Made by a program: the position numbers and the translations under genes. DNA of 41,611 bases. Source: a virus (Duplodnaviria > Heunggongvirae > Uroviricota > Caudoviricetes). Numbering within the stretch: the stretch's first letter is position 1; every line of letters begins with the position of its first letter. This document shows positions 18,748-28,136 of the stretch, piece by piece. The notes below the pieces were generated by a model, which searched no databases, had not been told where the DNA came from, and worked only from the letters and a program-made list of their open reading frames with translations. The stretch lies in the IMG/VR virus record IMGVR_UViG_2541047801_000004, positions 1 to 41,611 of that record; one strand, given 5' to 3'.

Positions 18748-21218
18748 CAGAATCCCCCAACAGTAAGGCGAGGAATAACGGCAAGAACAGACAGCGGCAA
18801 CGGGTCAAGCTGACGGATTCTTACACGTCCGTTTTTGCCCCAGTTACTGTCCAGTTTCACTTCTACTTTTCCGGTAGCGTCATCAACAGGATCATCGTAG
18901 AACTCGAATTCACGCTGTGGATATTCGTACCATTTACCGCCGGGCGTAGTCGCCCAGATGCCGCGGCTGGCATTCACAACCAGAGTAACGGATGGGATCA
19001 CCTGTTTTTTGTCCAGCAGCGTTTCCTGTCCGTTAATGTTGATATCCAGTGTTTCGAATTCAGCAGTTATTGGCAGGCCGATGTGCACTACAGCCCCCGG
19101 TGATTCCAGCGTGACGGCACCTCCGGAAACTACTTTCTGTGGTTCCACGTTCGCATCAGAGAGGATGTTTACGGTCTGACCTTCAAGATGAGACAAGCCG
19201 CCAAATGCCCGGCGCGCCATCTGCCAGTTCGTGGTGGCCACATTCCTGAGGGATGGCGGGACGTTCCTGTTAGCACGAACCACTACAGCGGTGTTGCTGG
19301 TTACAGAAATAATGTCGCAACGTAATTCTTTTGACACTTCATCGCCAGTATCAGGATCAGTTCCGGTATAAGGGAACTGTAGTTGCGCACCGACATCACT
19401 ACTGGTGAAGTACGCACCACCAGAAATACTGATTGTATATTCCGCGCGGTAATCCCATTCGCCAGAACCACCAGTGATGGTCATCGTTCTGTCAGACGTA
19501 TTTCTTCCATCATAGCTAAGGCCAGAATCAACAAAGAAAGCATCTTCATCGCTGGTAAATAAACGGCTGGACAGTCGCTCGATGTATCTCACTGTTTGCC
19601 CGTTAACGGTTCGGTTAACGACGAAATACACTGCATCTTCATTTCCTTCGCTGATACTGCATGTGCTTTCATATTTTCCGGTACTGGATTGTGGTGCCCA
19701 TGCAAAAACCTGCTGATCACGCAAATAGGTCATCACCAGTAATTTACCGTCATCACGAATGCAGAAGGCGCTGGAGTAAGGGACAATAGAGAAGCACCAG
19801 TCAACAATGCTGTGCTTCTGAAAAAGATGATTGGCAAGGATGGTCAGGTCGTTCCCCTGATAGCCGTCAACATCGAATGAGTAGGCCAGATCACGGACAA
19901 CACTGCCTTTCTCCTGGACGAACAGAGCAATATTCGCCACGGCAATTGGTGGGACATTGCTAGAGCCATTTGATCCCTGAGAGCTGAATGCAAATGATGA
20001 TGGGGTTAACACTTTGTTCTGGTCGCCGGTGATGACGTACTCACCTCCAGAAGTCAGTGCCACCAGCGAACCGACATCAATCAGGTGGCGGATCTCATTA
20101 ACCTGACGCCCGGCATAGGTGTAGATAATTCTGTCGTCATCCTGCGTAGGATTGCTTTTGCCAAAATCCTTATAATCCCCGGTACGGCTGGCCCAGATAG
20201 TCTGAGGGAACGCAGTCGATGCGGCGAAGTAAAGACGTTGTTGATAATAAACAACAGTGCCAGGATAACCATTAACACTGTTCCAGGCATATTTAGCCCA
20301 TTTATAGCTGGCATTATCCTCGCCAACTACCTGCGAAGGGATATAGGAAATCACCTCGGCAGTTGCAGTAGTTCCATTTGCAGCAGTGATACGGGCAATG
20401 CCAAAACCACTGTGCAGATATTCCCACTCAATGCCAGTATCATCATCACCGGATCCGCCCCAGCCATCCCATGATGTGCCTTCTGTATGCGAAGGGCGCA
20501 AAGTACCTGTTTTGCCTGCTGTAACGGCGCGATAGTAGTTACTGTCTGCACGGCGAATATCGCCAATCGACGTACTCTTACTGGTTTCCCATACCGGCAC
20601 TGAATCCACTGCAGGCTGTTCCAGATAGAACAATTTGCCTACCTGCTCCGCGCCAAAAATAGAGGCGCTTGCCGTTAACGTAATTGTCCCGGTGCTGGCG
20701 CTGGCATAAACCGTCACTGACTCGTCAATATTGATATCTTCAAATGGCCCGTTCTTCGTTACCACATCAACCAGTTGCCAGTTGTCATGAGCATATCGGC
20801 GCAACTCTTTCGGCGGGTATGCCGGGTGAACCAGCGTAAGCACGTCGGCGCTTTGCGTGAATTTAATTCGGAACAGATCGGCTTCAGTATATGGCGTGGC
20901 AATTTCATAAATAACATTGCTGCTGTTCAGCACCAACGCACCATCTTTGATAACGCGCATGTACTGGTGTCCGAACTCCAGAGCATAGGTCTGAACCGTC
21001 GAGAACTGGAACGGAATCAGGCGGCATTTCCGATTTGGGTATTTGGCGGCACCGACAAAACGCGTACCAGGTCGATTCTCAACGCCGCCATACTGCCGCA
21101 CGATAAAGTTATCGCACTTGCGCAATGCCACCTGGTACTTCGCCATGTCGATACGACCGTACAACGACGGTCCAATCTCACCACCGGCAAAGCTGGGCTG
21201 GATCCAACTGATAGCCAT
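18747..21218 (-). CDS. tail tubular protein B-like (T7 gp12-like)
   Basis: 823 aa, directly after the tubular A-like gene with overlapping stop/start. Confidence 0.55.
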   Translation of the reverse strand: MAISWIQPSFAGGEIGPSLYGRIDMAKYQVALRKCDNFIVRQYGGVENRPGTRFVGAAKYPNRKCRLIPFQFSTVQTYALEFGHQYMRVIKDGALVLNSSNVIYEIATPYTEADLFRIKFTQSADVLTLVHPAYPPKELRRYAHDNWQLVDVVTKNGPFEDINIDESVTVYASASTGTITLTASASIFGAEQVGKLFYLEQPAVDSVPVWETSKSTSIGDIRRADSNYYRAVTAGKTGTLRPSHTEGTSWDGWGGSGDDDTGIEWEYLHSGFGIARITAANGTTATAEVISYIPSQVVGEDNASYKWAKYAWNSVNGYPGTVVYYQQRLYFAASTAFPQTIWASRTGDYKDFGKSNPTQDDDRIIYTYAGRQVNEIRHLIDVGSLVALTSGGEYVITGDQNKVLTPSSFAFSSQGSNGSSNVPPIAVANIALFVQEKGSVVRDLAYSFDVDGYQGNDLTILANHLFQKHSIVDWCFSIVPYSSAFCIRDDGKLLVMTYLRDQQVFAWAPQSSTGKYESTCSISEGNEDAVYFVVNRTVNGQTVRYIERLSSRLFTSDEDAFFVDSGLSYDGRNTSDRTMTITGGSGEWDYRAEYTISISGGAYFTSSDVGAQLQFPYTGTDPDTGDEVSKELRCDIISVTSNTAVVVRANRNVPPSLRNVATTNWQMARRAFGGLSHLEGQTVNILSDANVEPQKVVSGGAVTLESPGAVVHIGLPITAEFETLDININGQETLLDKKQVIPSVTLVVNASRGIWATTPGGKWYEYPQREFEFYDDPVDDATGKVEVKLDSNWGKNGRVRIRQLDPLPLSVLAVIPRLTVGGF

Positions 21219-21826
21219 CAGGACAACCTCGCAATGGTAAACTCGTCAACCGGTGGCTGTGGTTCCTGTGATTCATTCTGGCTATGCGAGCCAGCACTAA
21301 GAATCACGCGATTGTACATATTGAGGGCAAACGTACCGAGGTCTGCATTCCCAGTCAGCGCCATGTTAATAGCTGCCGCAAGACGCCAGGCCAACGCCTC
21401 CATAAAAATGGCATCAAACATGTTCACATCTGTAACGCGAGAGACATACTTGAGCCATGCCTGAGGCTGGTCTGTGTAGATCAACTTTCCTGTTCCGTTG
21501 GTGTCTGCACCAACTTCGTACTGAACGCGCATTGATGCTGTTGGATTGCGTACACCAGGAAGCATAATTTCAGTAATGCGCAGACAATCTGACGGGTACT
21601 GGTACGCATATTCCCAGTCAGGCGGTGGATTGCTCGTATCTGCAAGCGCCACGCGTTTGGTAGCAAAGTTCCAGTCAAAATCAGAAAGCACAGCATCACG
21701 GCAGGCCTCAAAGTGCAGCGAACATTCCCCCGCTTCCTTGCTGGCTTCCGTCAGGCTGTTAATGCTGCGGCTGTTGCCAATATTGGACAGCGCACGATTA
21801 CAGATCTCTACTACAGAGGCCATCAC
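21218..21826 (-). CDS. tail tubular protein A-like / adaptor (T7 gp11-like)
   Basis: 202 aa; N-terminal pattern resembling gp11-type proteins; gene order. Confidence 0.5.
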   Translation of the reverse strand: MMASVVEICNRALSNIGNSRSINSLTEASKEAGECSLHFEACRDAVLSDFDWNFATKRVALADTSNPPPDWEYAYQYPSDCLRITEIMLPGVRNPTASMRVQYEVGADTNGTGKLIYTDQPQAWLKYVSRVTDVNMFDAIFMEALAWRLAAAINMALTGNADLGTFALNMYNRVILSAGSHSQNESQEPQPPVDEFTIARLS

Positions 21827-22146
21827 TCACCTCCGTTACCGTACAGAGTTTCAGCCGCTGATTTTTCTACATCCCCGGAAACAGGAGCGATCGCCATATC
21901 AGTGATCTGCAGATCGGCGCTGCGATTAACGCCATCGTCAGTTTCTCTGGCAGACAGGCCTCGAATAACAGCCTTTGCAGTTATCATCACTTCCGTTCCG
22001 ACGCCCTGAGGTTGCGCCTTCAGCTTATTCAATGTGTCGTTATTAAGAGTGATGCACAGCCCCCACGGGTATTCATCGCGAGTTCTGGTTTCTCCGCTCT
22101 CATCCTGGTAGCTGTCAGTGCCGGTTTTGAGGTTTACGAGTTCCAT
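21823..22146 (-). CDS. hypothetical structural protein
   Basis: ATG 22146 with AGGAG RBS; about 107 aa. Confidence 0.5.
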   Translation of the reverse strand: MELVNLKTGTDSYQDESGETRTRDEYPWGLCITLNNDTLNKLKAQPQGVGTEVMITAKAVIRGLSARETDDGVNRSADLQITDMAIAPVSGDVEKSAAETLYGNGGE

Positions 22147-22158
22147 ATACACTCCTGC

Positions 22159-22178
22159 AATAAAGGGGCCGAAGCCCC
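22159..22178 (-). terminator. intra-operon hairpin (GGGGC-CGAA-GCCCC) followed by TTTATT, possible partial terminator
   Basis: 5-bp GC stem plus T-rich tract on the minus strand just before the RBS of the 22146 gene. Confidence 0.35.
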
Positions 22179-22196
22179 TTGTCTGATTCGCGAGGC

Positions 22197-22541
22197 TTAC
22201 ACGCCCAGTTCTTTACGCTTATCTGCGATCTTCTCGCGGAGCGTTTCGGCTTTGGCGTTATGGTGTGGCTTCTCGTTAAAGAGCAATTCGTACTCTTCAC
22301 GGAGCTTATCCAGTTCACCATCATCTGACACATCGTTGATGATTTTGGTGCTGGTTGCTGCCATTGACACCTTTCCTGCAACTTTTGCTTTTGCCTGTCT
22401 GGCTGCATCGTTAACAGGTTCCAGTGCGCTACCAGGCTCACCTTCGTATTCGATTTCTGCCCCCTCCGGCCACAGAGTGTTATGGATATGAGAGAGGCGC
22501 AGAACGCGGTATCTTGGTTTCTCACCTGACATCGATATCAC
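22197..22541 (-). CDS. hypothetical protein
   Basis: 114-aa ORF in the capsid-proximal gene block. Confidence 0.5.
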   Translation of the reverse strand: MISMSGEKPRYRVLRLSHIHNTLWPEGAEIEYEGEPGSALEPVNDAARQAKAKVAGKVSMAATSTKIINDVSDDGELDKLREEYELLFNEKPHHNAKAETLREKIADKRKELGV

Positions 22542-22542
22542 C

Positions 22543-22980
22543 TTAACCAGTTACTTTTGAGCGGATCGGATACGGCGTATTGGCATCAACATCAAGACTG
22601 ATACCAGCAGTGAATTCGCCAGCCGTTAGTGGACCAGTTGCGACGGAGTAGTTAACACGCAGATATCGCTGAACACCGGCAGGCACCTTTGCAGAAACAA
22701 CTCGTTTACCTGCTGTCAGGGCGGTCTTTGCCAGTGCGCCACTATCATAAATAGTGGTCCATGAGCTGTTATTCTCACTCGTCTGCAACTGGATGTTTAC
22801 AGTTGCATCACCGCTTGCCGCGGCGGCTGTGTTAACCAGCGCCCAAAACTCAAGCGGGTAACCAACGCCGATATCACGACGTTTTCCGTCAATTGGACCG
22901 AGATCGATTACGTCAGTAGAAGCCGCGGTATTCGTAACCGCCTGAGCTTCGGAGAACATCAACAGTTTGTCGGTGATCAT
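22543..22980 (-). CDS. putative capsid decoration/accessory protein
   Basis: 145-aa ORF immediately downstream of the major capsid gene. Confidence 0.45.
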   Translation of the reverse strand: MITDKLLMFSEAQAVTNTAASTDVIDLGPIDGKRRDIGVGYPLEFWALVNTAAAASGDATVNIQLQTSENNSSWTTIYDSGALAKTALTAGKRVVSAKVPAGVQRYLRVNYSVATGPLTAGEFTAGISLDVDANTPYPIRSKVTG

Positions 22981-23031
22981 CTTCTTTCTCCATTAGTGGG
23001 TCTGTTACGACCCACAGGTTAATAACAGGCG

Positions 23032-24024
23032 TTACACCACGCGGGCTTCTGTTTCCAGAAGCGCATCAGTTTCACGGATTGGTACACCACGGAATGAAGT
23101 CCACCACTCGCCTTCTGTCTCTTTTACGCTGATCGCCAGAGATGTTTTCTCCAGAGATTGCAGATCAAGAGCCTGGCCTACAGTGCGGTTCATGTAGAAC
23201 ACCGGGCGACCCATGCCACGATTTGGAATGCGATGCAGTGCTTTAACCATCAACTTCGCAATATTTGCGGCAGAGGAAGGTTCTGAAAGATTGCTGACAT
23301 CGATGTTTGCAATGCGAACAACATAACGCCAGTCACGCAGAGCAAGTCCGTTGTCCCATTTGTAATGGGTACGGTAGCCTTCGTACTTGCCGCCATTCGC
23401 ATCTTCCAGTGTCACCTGGCCTTTATCTTCCATCTGGATACCAGCCTTCTGCCCTTTCGGGAAGATGCCATGCACGGTGTTTTCGCCCCACACCACTAAC
23501 CAGATTGAGGTGTTATCTGTACCCGTGCCACCAGCATCAATGATGTTCTGAGCATTACCCGCAGACAGGCTGGAATAGCGGGAGGACAGTCCCATAAACT
23601 GCTGAGGGTTAACGCTGGAATCACCATAAAACAGTGTCTGCGCCATCTGCTGATTCATCGCTTCAATAAATGCGCGGTCTTCAGACAGGCGGAATTCGGC
23701 GGTATTACCGTTCAGATCAGCCAGTGACTTATCGACTTCAGCATAGGTTTCCAGCATGCCAACGGAATCGGTTACCTGCACTGTGGTTGATTTGCTTGGC
23801 TGTACGCCATAGTTCAGCAAACGCCAGGTAGCTGAAGGTAAACCAGAACGAATGGTGGTTCGGTGTCCGGTAGGAAGGTTCCCTTCGACAAAAGGCATAT
23901 CCTGAAGGATCGGGTTTGTTTGACCGAGAAGCTCGATAATCTTATCGACTTTCCCGTTTGGATCGACGCGCTTACCCCAGTCAGCCAGCGTTAGCGCAGT
24001 TAAGCCTTTAACAGCCATTGTCAT
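23032..24024 (-). CDS. major capsid protein
   Basis: 330-aa ORF after the scaffold-like gene. Confidence 0.7.
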   Translation of the reverse strand: MTMAVKGLTALTLADWGKRVDPNGKVDKIIELLGQTNPILQDMPFVEGNLPTGHRTTIRSGLPSATWRLLNYGVQPSKSTTVQVTDSVGMLETYAEVDKSLADLNGNTAEFRLSEDRAFIEAMNQQMAQTLFYGDSSVNPQQFMGLSSRYSSLSAGNAQNIIDAGGTGTDNTSIWLVVWGENTVHGIFPKGQKAGIQMEDKGQVTLEDANGGKYEGYRTHYKWDNGLALRDWRYVVRIANIDVSNLSEPSSAANIAKLMVKALHRIPNRGMGRPVFYMNRTVGQALDLQSLEKTSLAISVKETEGEWWTSFRGVPIRETDALLETEARVV

Positions 24025-24032
24025 TTCCTCTC

Positions 24033-24734
24033 TTATTTGCCATAGAGCACTTCGGCCGCACTACGCTGGCCTTCATTACCACCGGTGACCATGCCATCTT
24101 CAGACATCGCCTTTCCGATTTTCACGAACGTTTTGACCAGATCAGGGTGATTACCCAGCCCGGTGGTGTTCAGATATTCTTTGAGTTCAGGTGTCCCGAA
24201 CTGGTCAAGCGCACGCTGTGCGACGCTAAGGTTAGAAATCAACTTGTCGCCACCGATTTCTTTGTCAGCTTTTACATCCGCAGCCCACTGCTCGGTTGTT
24301 TTCTGCCAGGCTTCTGCCTGGCGCTGCTGAACACCTGCCAGAATCTTCGGATAAGCATCAACCAGCTTTTGCGCTTGCTCGTTGGTCAGGTTAAGTTCTC
24401 GCGCCACCGGCTCGAATTCCTTCAACGCTTCTGTATCCAGCTCTACGCCTTCGGCAGCCTGAAACTCGTACTTCTCAGGCGCCCCCTCTGGTTTATCGCC
24501 GCCCTTTTTTTCATCCTGCTTATCGTTTTCAGGCTTTTTGTCATCAGCAGGTTTATCGCCATCAGCAACAGGTTGTGGCTTATCGCCTTCCTGTTGTGAT
24601 GGATCACCAACTGGAGCAGGGGTATCACCTGCAGGCGCTGACGGTTCTGACGCAGCCGGAGCTGCTCCACCATCGACTGGTTGCTCATTGCAAAGACGGC
24701 GATACAGCAAACGCTCAAATAAATTCATGATCAC
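24033..24734 (-). CDS. putative scaffolding protein
   Basis: Acidic/proline-rich low-complexity N-terminal half and helical C-terminal half; between portal and capsid genes. Confidence 0.5.
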   Translation of the reverse strand: MIMNLFERLLYRRLCNEQPVDGGAAPAASEPSAPAGDTPAPVGDPSQQEGDKPQPVADGDKPADDKKPENDKQDEKKGGDKPEGAPEKYEFQAAEGVELDTEALKEFEPVARELNLTNEQAQKLVDAYPKILAGVQQRQAEAWQKTTEQWAADVKADKEIGGDKLISNLSVAQRALDQFGTPELKEYLNTTGLGNHPDLVKTFVKIGKAMSEDGMVTGGNEGQRSAAEVLYGK

Positions 24735-25027
24735 TCCTGTTCACTGGCCTCTTTGGCCATCTTCAAATACTGTTCAGGGCAATGCGCCATAACGCGCTGA
24801 AACAGTTCCAACGCCAGATTGCGTTGCCCCTCATTAAATGCCATTGCCATAGCGTCCATCGGTGAGATAGCGGAAAACACACGGCCTTTCTCCAGCACCG
24901 ACCAGACAACGCGACGCCCCTGTTCACTGCTCATGACAAAGCGAATGTCATCAATTTCACGCTGCGCCATGTCACGTTGCTTACGGGCGTTTTCTTCTTT
25001 CAGTTGATCGTCTTCGTAATCTGTCAT
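24731..25027 (-). CDS. hypothetical protein between portal and scaffold
   Basis: 98-aa ORF with overlapping start/stop to neighbours. Confidence 0.45.
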   Translation of the reverse strand: MTDYEDDQLKEENARKQRDMAQREIDDIRFVMSSEQGRRVVWSVLEKGRVFSAISPMDAMAMAFNEGQRNLALELFQRVMAHCPEQYLKMAKEASEQE

Positions 25028-26703
25028 TGTGATTGCCCACCCTGACCACTAACTGCATTCGCCATAGCTGACAAAACACTCGGATCCGAAGTTTTAGCTT
25101 CGCTTAGCGTCTTGGCACCCTGTGCCGCCGCCATCCCCATCGCCATCATTTGTTGCTGCTGTTGCTGCTGTGCCCGTTGCTGGCGAGCCTGCTCAACCTG
25201 TTCCTGCGGAACAATGACGGTTGGAGACACTCCGGACATATCAGCGAATGCATCGATCGCCTGATCAACGTTGAGTTTGTCGAGAGCTTCTGGTTTCGCT
25301 TGCGCAAGTTGACCAATGAAGTTAACCGTGGACGCCAGACTGGACAGGCCGATAGACTTCTGCGCCTGAGCCATGACGGAAATGTATTCGACCTTCAGGG
25401 GCATGCCTTCCATCGCGTCAGGCGGTGGCGGCAGCATGTTTTTACGCACCATCATCGAGAAAGCGCGGTCAATGAGAGGATTAAGACATTCGTCGTTCAG
25501 ACGCTCCAGAACCGGCCCCAACATCAGAAGTTTTTCTTCTTTCATTTCGATCACCGCTTCAACAGGCATCGAGCGGGTATTGATGTTCTGCAACATCATG
25601 AACAGATCGACAAAGTAGGCGCTGTTAATGATTTGACGAGTGTCCTGAATGTCTGCCACCAAATCTGCTGTACTGGGGTTAACCAGATAAGCAGGCCTGA
25701 AGCCATCCTGACCAGTAATCTGATCGATATACGTGATGTCGCCAGGAAGAAGGGAGGCGCGCTGATTCTTGAGGGAATTCGGAGCAACCATCGGCGGATT
25801 GGTGGCTTTATCAATCAACTGCGACTTGCGCTTCTGGAGAAGCTGCAATGCCTTAACAGGTCCAAGCGCCAGCATACCCGGGCATGATGATCCATAAACA
25901 TCTTCGCCGTTAACTTCCCAGCGCGGAGCCATAATTGGAAACTCATCGAATCCGGACTCACGCAACAACTTGTCGTTATCGCCACCAATCTCGTAATAAA
26001 CCGATTTGAATGGCTTGTTCTTGCTATCCAGCTTCGATGTATCACGGTCAATGTTCGGGTAAACCGAATGCATCACTTCAATCCACTTCTCGTAGGTGCC
26101 GCTTTCCCACATGCTTTTTACGGATTCGCTGACGTTATTTAGCCCGAACTCCTGAACAAGCTGACGAACAGTCATAGAGAACTTGCGAAAACAGGTGTCC
26201 ACACTGCCACGAGGTGAGTTAGCCAGGTAGTAACTGCCTATCGGGAATGGCATTGTGCGAATGATGTCCTCGTCATCCTCCAGCACTGCCATTGCACCAG
26301 TGCTGTATGTGCCGAGGCTTCCGTATAACTGCGGCAGCGACTGATAGAGATTCGACTTATTGAACATATCGTTCATGCGGTTCTGCACCGCCTCAAGCCA
26401 CAACTTAACAGGGCCATAATCCATCATTTCAGGATCTGGCGTAGCCAGGCGAAACCACGGACGCGCGGGGCTTGTGATGCCTGACATCATGCCGCTGGCG
26501 AGAGTGCGCGCCGCCATAGTCCCGGTCGAATCAATAATGCGTGTATTGCGTCGATCGTTACGGTTGACCTCAGAAGTCAGAAAGCGGGAACCACGCGGAT
26601 TGATGTAATCACTCAACTCGCGCCAGTGCGGCTCGAACGACTGACGCTCGCTTTCAAGTTGTGCGAACTGTTTGTTCAATCGCTCTTTAGTTGTTTCCGC
26701 CAT
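25024..26703 (-). CDS. portal (head-to-tail connector) protein, T7-like
   Basis: 559 aa; Gln-rich C-terminal tail (QQRAQQQQQQQMMAMGMAAAQ); follows terL. Confidence 0.7.
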   Translation of the reverse strand: MAETTKERLNKQFAQLESERQSFEPHWRELSDYINPRGSRFLTSEVNRNDRRNTRIIDSTGTMAARTLASGMMSGITSPARPWFRLATPDPEMMDYGPVKLWLEAVQNRMNDMFNKSNLYQSLPQLYGSLGTYSTGAMAVLEDDEDIIRTMPFPIGSYYLANSPRGSVDTCFRKFSMTVRQLVQEFGLNNVSESVKSMWESGTYEKWIEVMHSVYPNIDRDTSKLDSKNKPFKSVYYEIGGDNDKLLRESGFDEFPIMAPRWEVNGEDVYGSSCPGMLALGPVKALQLLQKRKSQLIDKATNPPMVAPNSLKNQRASLLPGDITYIDQITGQDGFRPAYLVNPSTADLVADIQDTRQIINSAYFVDLFMMLQNINTRSMPVEAVIEMKEEKLLMLGPVLERLNDECLNPLIDRAFSMMVRKNMLPPPPDAMEGMPLKVEYISVMAQAQKSIGLSSLASTVNFIGQLAQAKPEALDKLNVDQAIDAFADMSGVSPTVIVPQEQVEQARQQRAQQQQQQQMMAMGMAAAQGAKTLSEAKTSDPSVLSAMANAVSGQGGQSQ

Positions 26704-26717
26704 TTCAATGACTCCGG

Positions 26718-26924
26718 TTACTGACCAAGTAGCGTTTTACCGCTGGTATTAGCGGTTGATGTGTCGCCCTGAGAACCGGTAAGCAGCGTAGAACTACGAC
26801 CAGCAGCAGCGCGACGGCGACGTGTTTCTTCGTCGCGGGCATCAACAACGGCGGCATCCTGCTCCTGTGGTGCTGCCTGAACTTCTGGTGTTGCAGGCAC
26901 TGATGGTGAGCTACCCATGCACAT
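26718..26924 (-). CDS. small low-complexity protein upstream of portal
   Basis: ATG 26924 with GGAG RBS 8 nt upstream; 68 aa rich in Ala/Ser/Thr/Arg. Confidence 0.4.
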   Translation of the reverse strand: MCMGSSPSVPATPEVQAAPQEQDAAVVDARDEETRRRRAAAGRSSTLLTGSQGDTSTANTSGKTLLGQ

Positions 26925-27013
26925 ATCAATGACTCCGTACGCAATTAAATTATTACCAATTTAACCACATATGATTTATCTATCGTAGATAGTTGACATT
27001 TAACGCACGAATT

Positions 27014-27030
27014 ATTACCTTTCAGGTAAG
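27014..27030. promoter_or_regulatory. operator-like 17-bp dyad (ATTACC TTTCA GGTAAG) overlapping a TTGACA -35-like element at 26992-26997
   Basis: Family member upstream of the tRNA/moron unit. Confidence 0.4.
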
Positions 27031-27351
27031 CAAAGAGTTCATTCCGGTTATTAACCTGACTGGCTTGTCGTTAAATTAAACAGGTGGGGTGAGCTTTTAT
27101 TTTGAGCAGTACGGCGTATGGCACATGCGCCGATAGCGGTCTGGATACGTTTAAGGGGCACCCTCCCTTGCTCGGGCAAACGAACCAGGTAGCCGGAATG
27201 TGCAAGTCGAGCGGTTTTATTCCGCGCACGGGGATTCACCATCCCGGCGATTCGGTGTGACGCCTCGGAAGAGACGAGGGTACAACGATGAGAGCATTTA
27301 TGGAGCCGCGACAAAGTGTGGCGCCTTAACAGGCTAAGTGCTCTCAGCGTT

Positions 27352-27428
27352 GTGGCATTAGCTCAGTTGGACAGAGCAACCGCCTTCTAAGCGGTTGGTC
27401 GCAGGTTCGAATCCTGCATGCCACGCCA
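27352..27428 (+). tRNA. tRNA-Arg (anticodon TCT, reads AGA)
   Basis: 77 nt; acceptor stem GTGGCAT/ATGCCAC, D-stem GCTC/GAGC, anticodon stem ACCGC/GCGGT with loop CTTCTAA, T-arm GCAGG-TTCGAAT-CCTGC, discriminator G, encoded CCA. Confidence 0.9.
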
Positions 27429-27471
27429 GAATCACGCCTAAGGACCGTGATGCCAGAAGTTCCAGGTGCTT

Positions 27472-27513
27472 GGCGGTGATAGTTTCCCTTGAAGGACTAT
27501 CACCGCCCTTTTT
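27472..27513 (+). terminator. hairpin terminator after the tRNA
   Basis: 12-bp perfect stem GGCGGTGATAGT/ACTATCACCGCC followed by CTTTTTA. Confidence 0.55.
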
Positions 27514-27591
27514 ACAGCAGGACGCCATTGCGATGACTTCATGCTGTAAACCAGTACAGCCACGGAAGGCATAACTCATTGCTTCCAGTTC

Positions 27592-27615
27592 GCCCGGTTC
27601 GCCGGGCATTTTTTT
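27592..27615 (+). terminator. rho-independent terminator immediately upstream of the moron RBS
   Basis: Stem GCCCGG/CCGGGC with TTCG tetraloop, then ATTTTTTT; RBS AAGGTGAG and ATG at 27627 follow directly. Confidence 0.6.
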
Positions 27616-27626
27616 AAGGTGAGATC

Positions 27627-28046
27627 ATGAAGACAATTGATATGTTGGCTAAGTATCTAAATGAATGGCCATTAAAATATTCTCGTATCGTTCAGGCTGA
27701 AGACTGCATTTTTTATGGCGTTCTTGCTGGTAATGAAATGCATTACGAAGTAATTCAGAGTGAGGGACTGGCTGGGTTAACTCTTAGCGAAGACCATGGT
27801 ACTAGCGTTACGTTCCATGACTGGATAACAGCACAACGTTCTGAAATGGAAAAAGGCGATGTTTTTGATATTTCTCGCGCTGTTTACGCTAAAGCAAAAA
27901 GTGATAATGATTACATGAGCGAACACTTATACAACATGAAGTTGCAATGCCTGCATGCGGCGCTTATTCAGAATGGGCACTTCGATAAAACAAGTGCCAT
28001 CAATATTGCGGAAGCCATCAACGCTGGATTTAATGCCATTAAGTAA
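27627..28046 (+). CDS. hypothetical moron protein (139 aa), low GC
   Basis: Strong RBS; opposite strand to the late operon; own terminator downstream; no recognisable motif. Confidence 0.6.
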   Translation: MKTIDMLAKYLNEWPLKYSRIVQAEDCIFYGVLAGNEMHYEVIQSEGLAGLTLSEDHGTSVTFHDWITAQRSEMEKGDVFDISRAVYAKAKSDNDYMSEHLYNMKLQCLHAALIQNGHFDKTSAINIAEAINAGFNAIK

Positions 28047-28050
28047 CACC

Positions 28051-28062
28051 GTGACATGTCAC
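28051..28062. repeat. 12-bp perfect palindrome GTGACATGTCAC (copy 2 of 3)
   Basis: Exact palindrome 5 bp after the moron stop codon. Confidence 0.8.
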
Positions 28063-28066
28063 AAAC

Positions 28067-28093
28067 AGCCAGCCGATGAGCTGGCTTTGTTTT
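28067..28093 (+). terminator. rho-independent terminator of the moron gene
   Basis: Stem AGCCAGC/GCTGGCT with loop CGATGA, followed by TTGTTTT. Confidence 0.55.
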
Positions 28094-28136
28094 ATCCTCA
28101 TCAGAGGATATCAACGACATTATCCCCACCAGCAGA

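Noticed and set aside
27051-27314. 87-aa minus-strand ORF upstream of the tRNA
   Set aside because: No RBS, and it lies within the self-complementary leader region; treated as non-coding
27352-27428. tRNA-Arg as the prophage attachment site
   Set aside because: It lies mid-prophage between terL and portal with its own promoter and terminators, while the integrase is at the far right end; more likely a phage-encoded tRNA
27358-27609. 83-aa minus-strand ORF from the six-frame track
   Set aside because: It overlaps the tRNA-Arg gene and its terminator hairpins; it is an antisense shadow of structured RNA, not a gene
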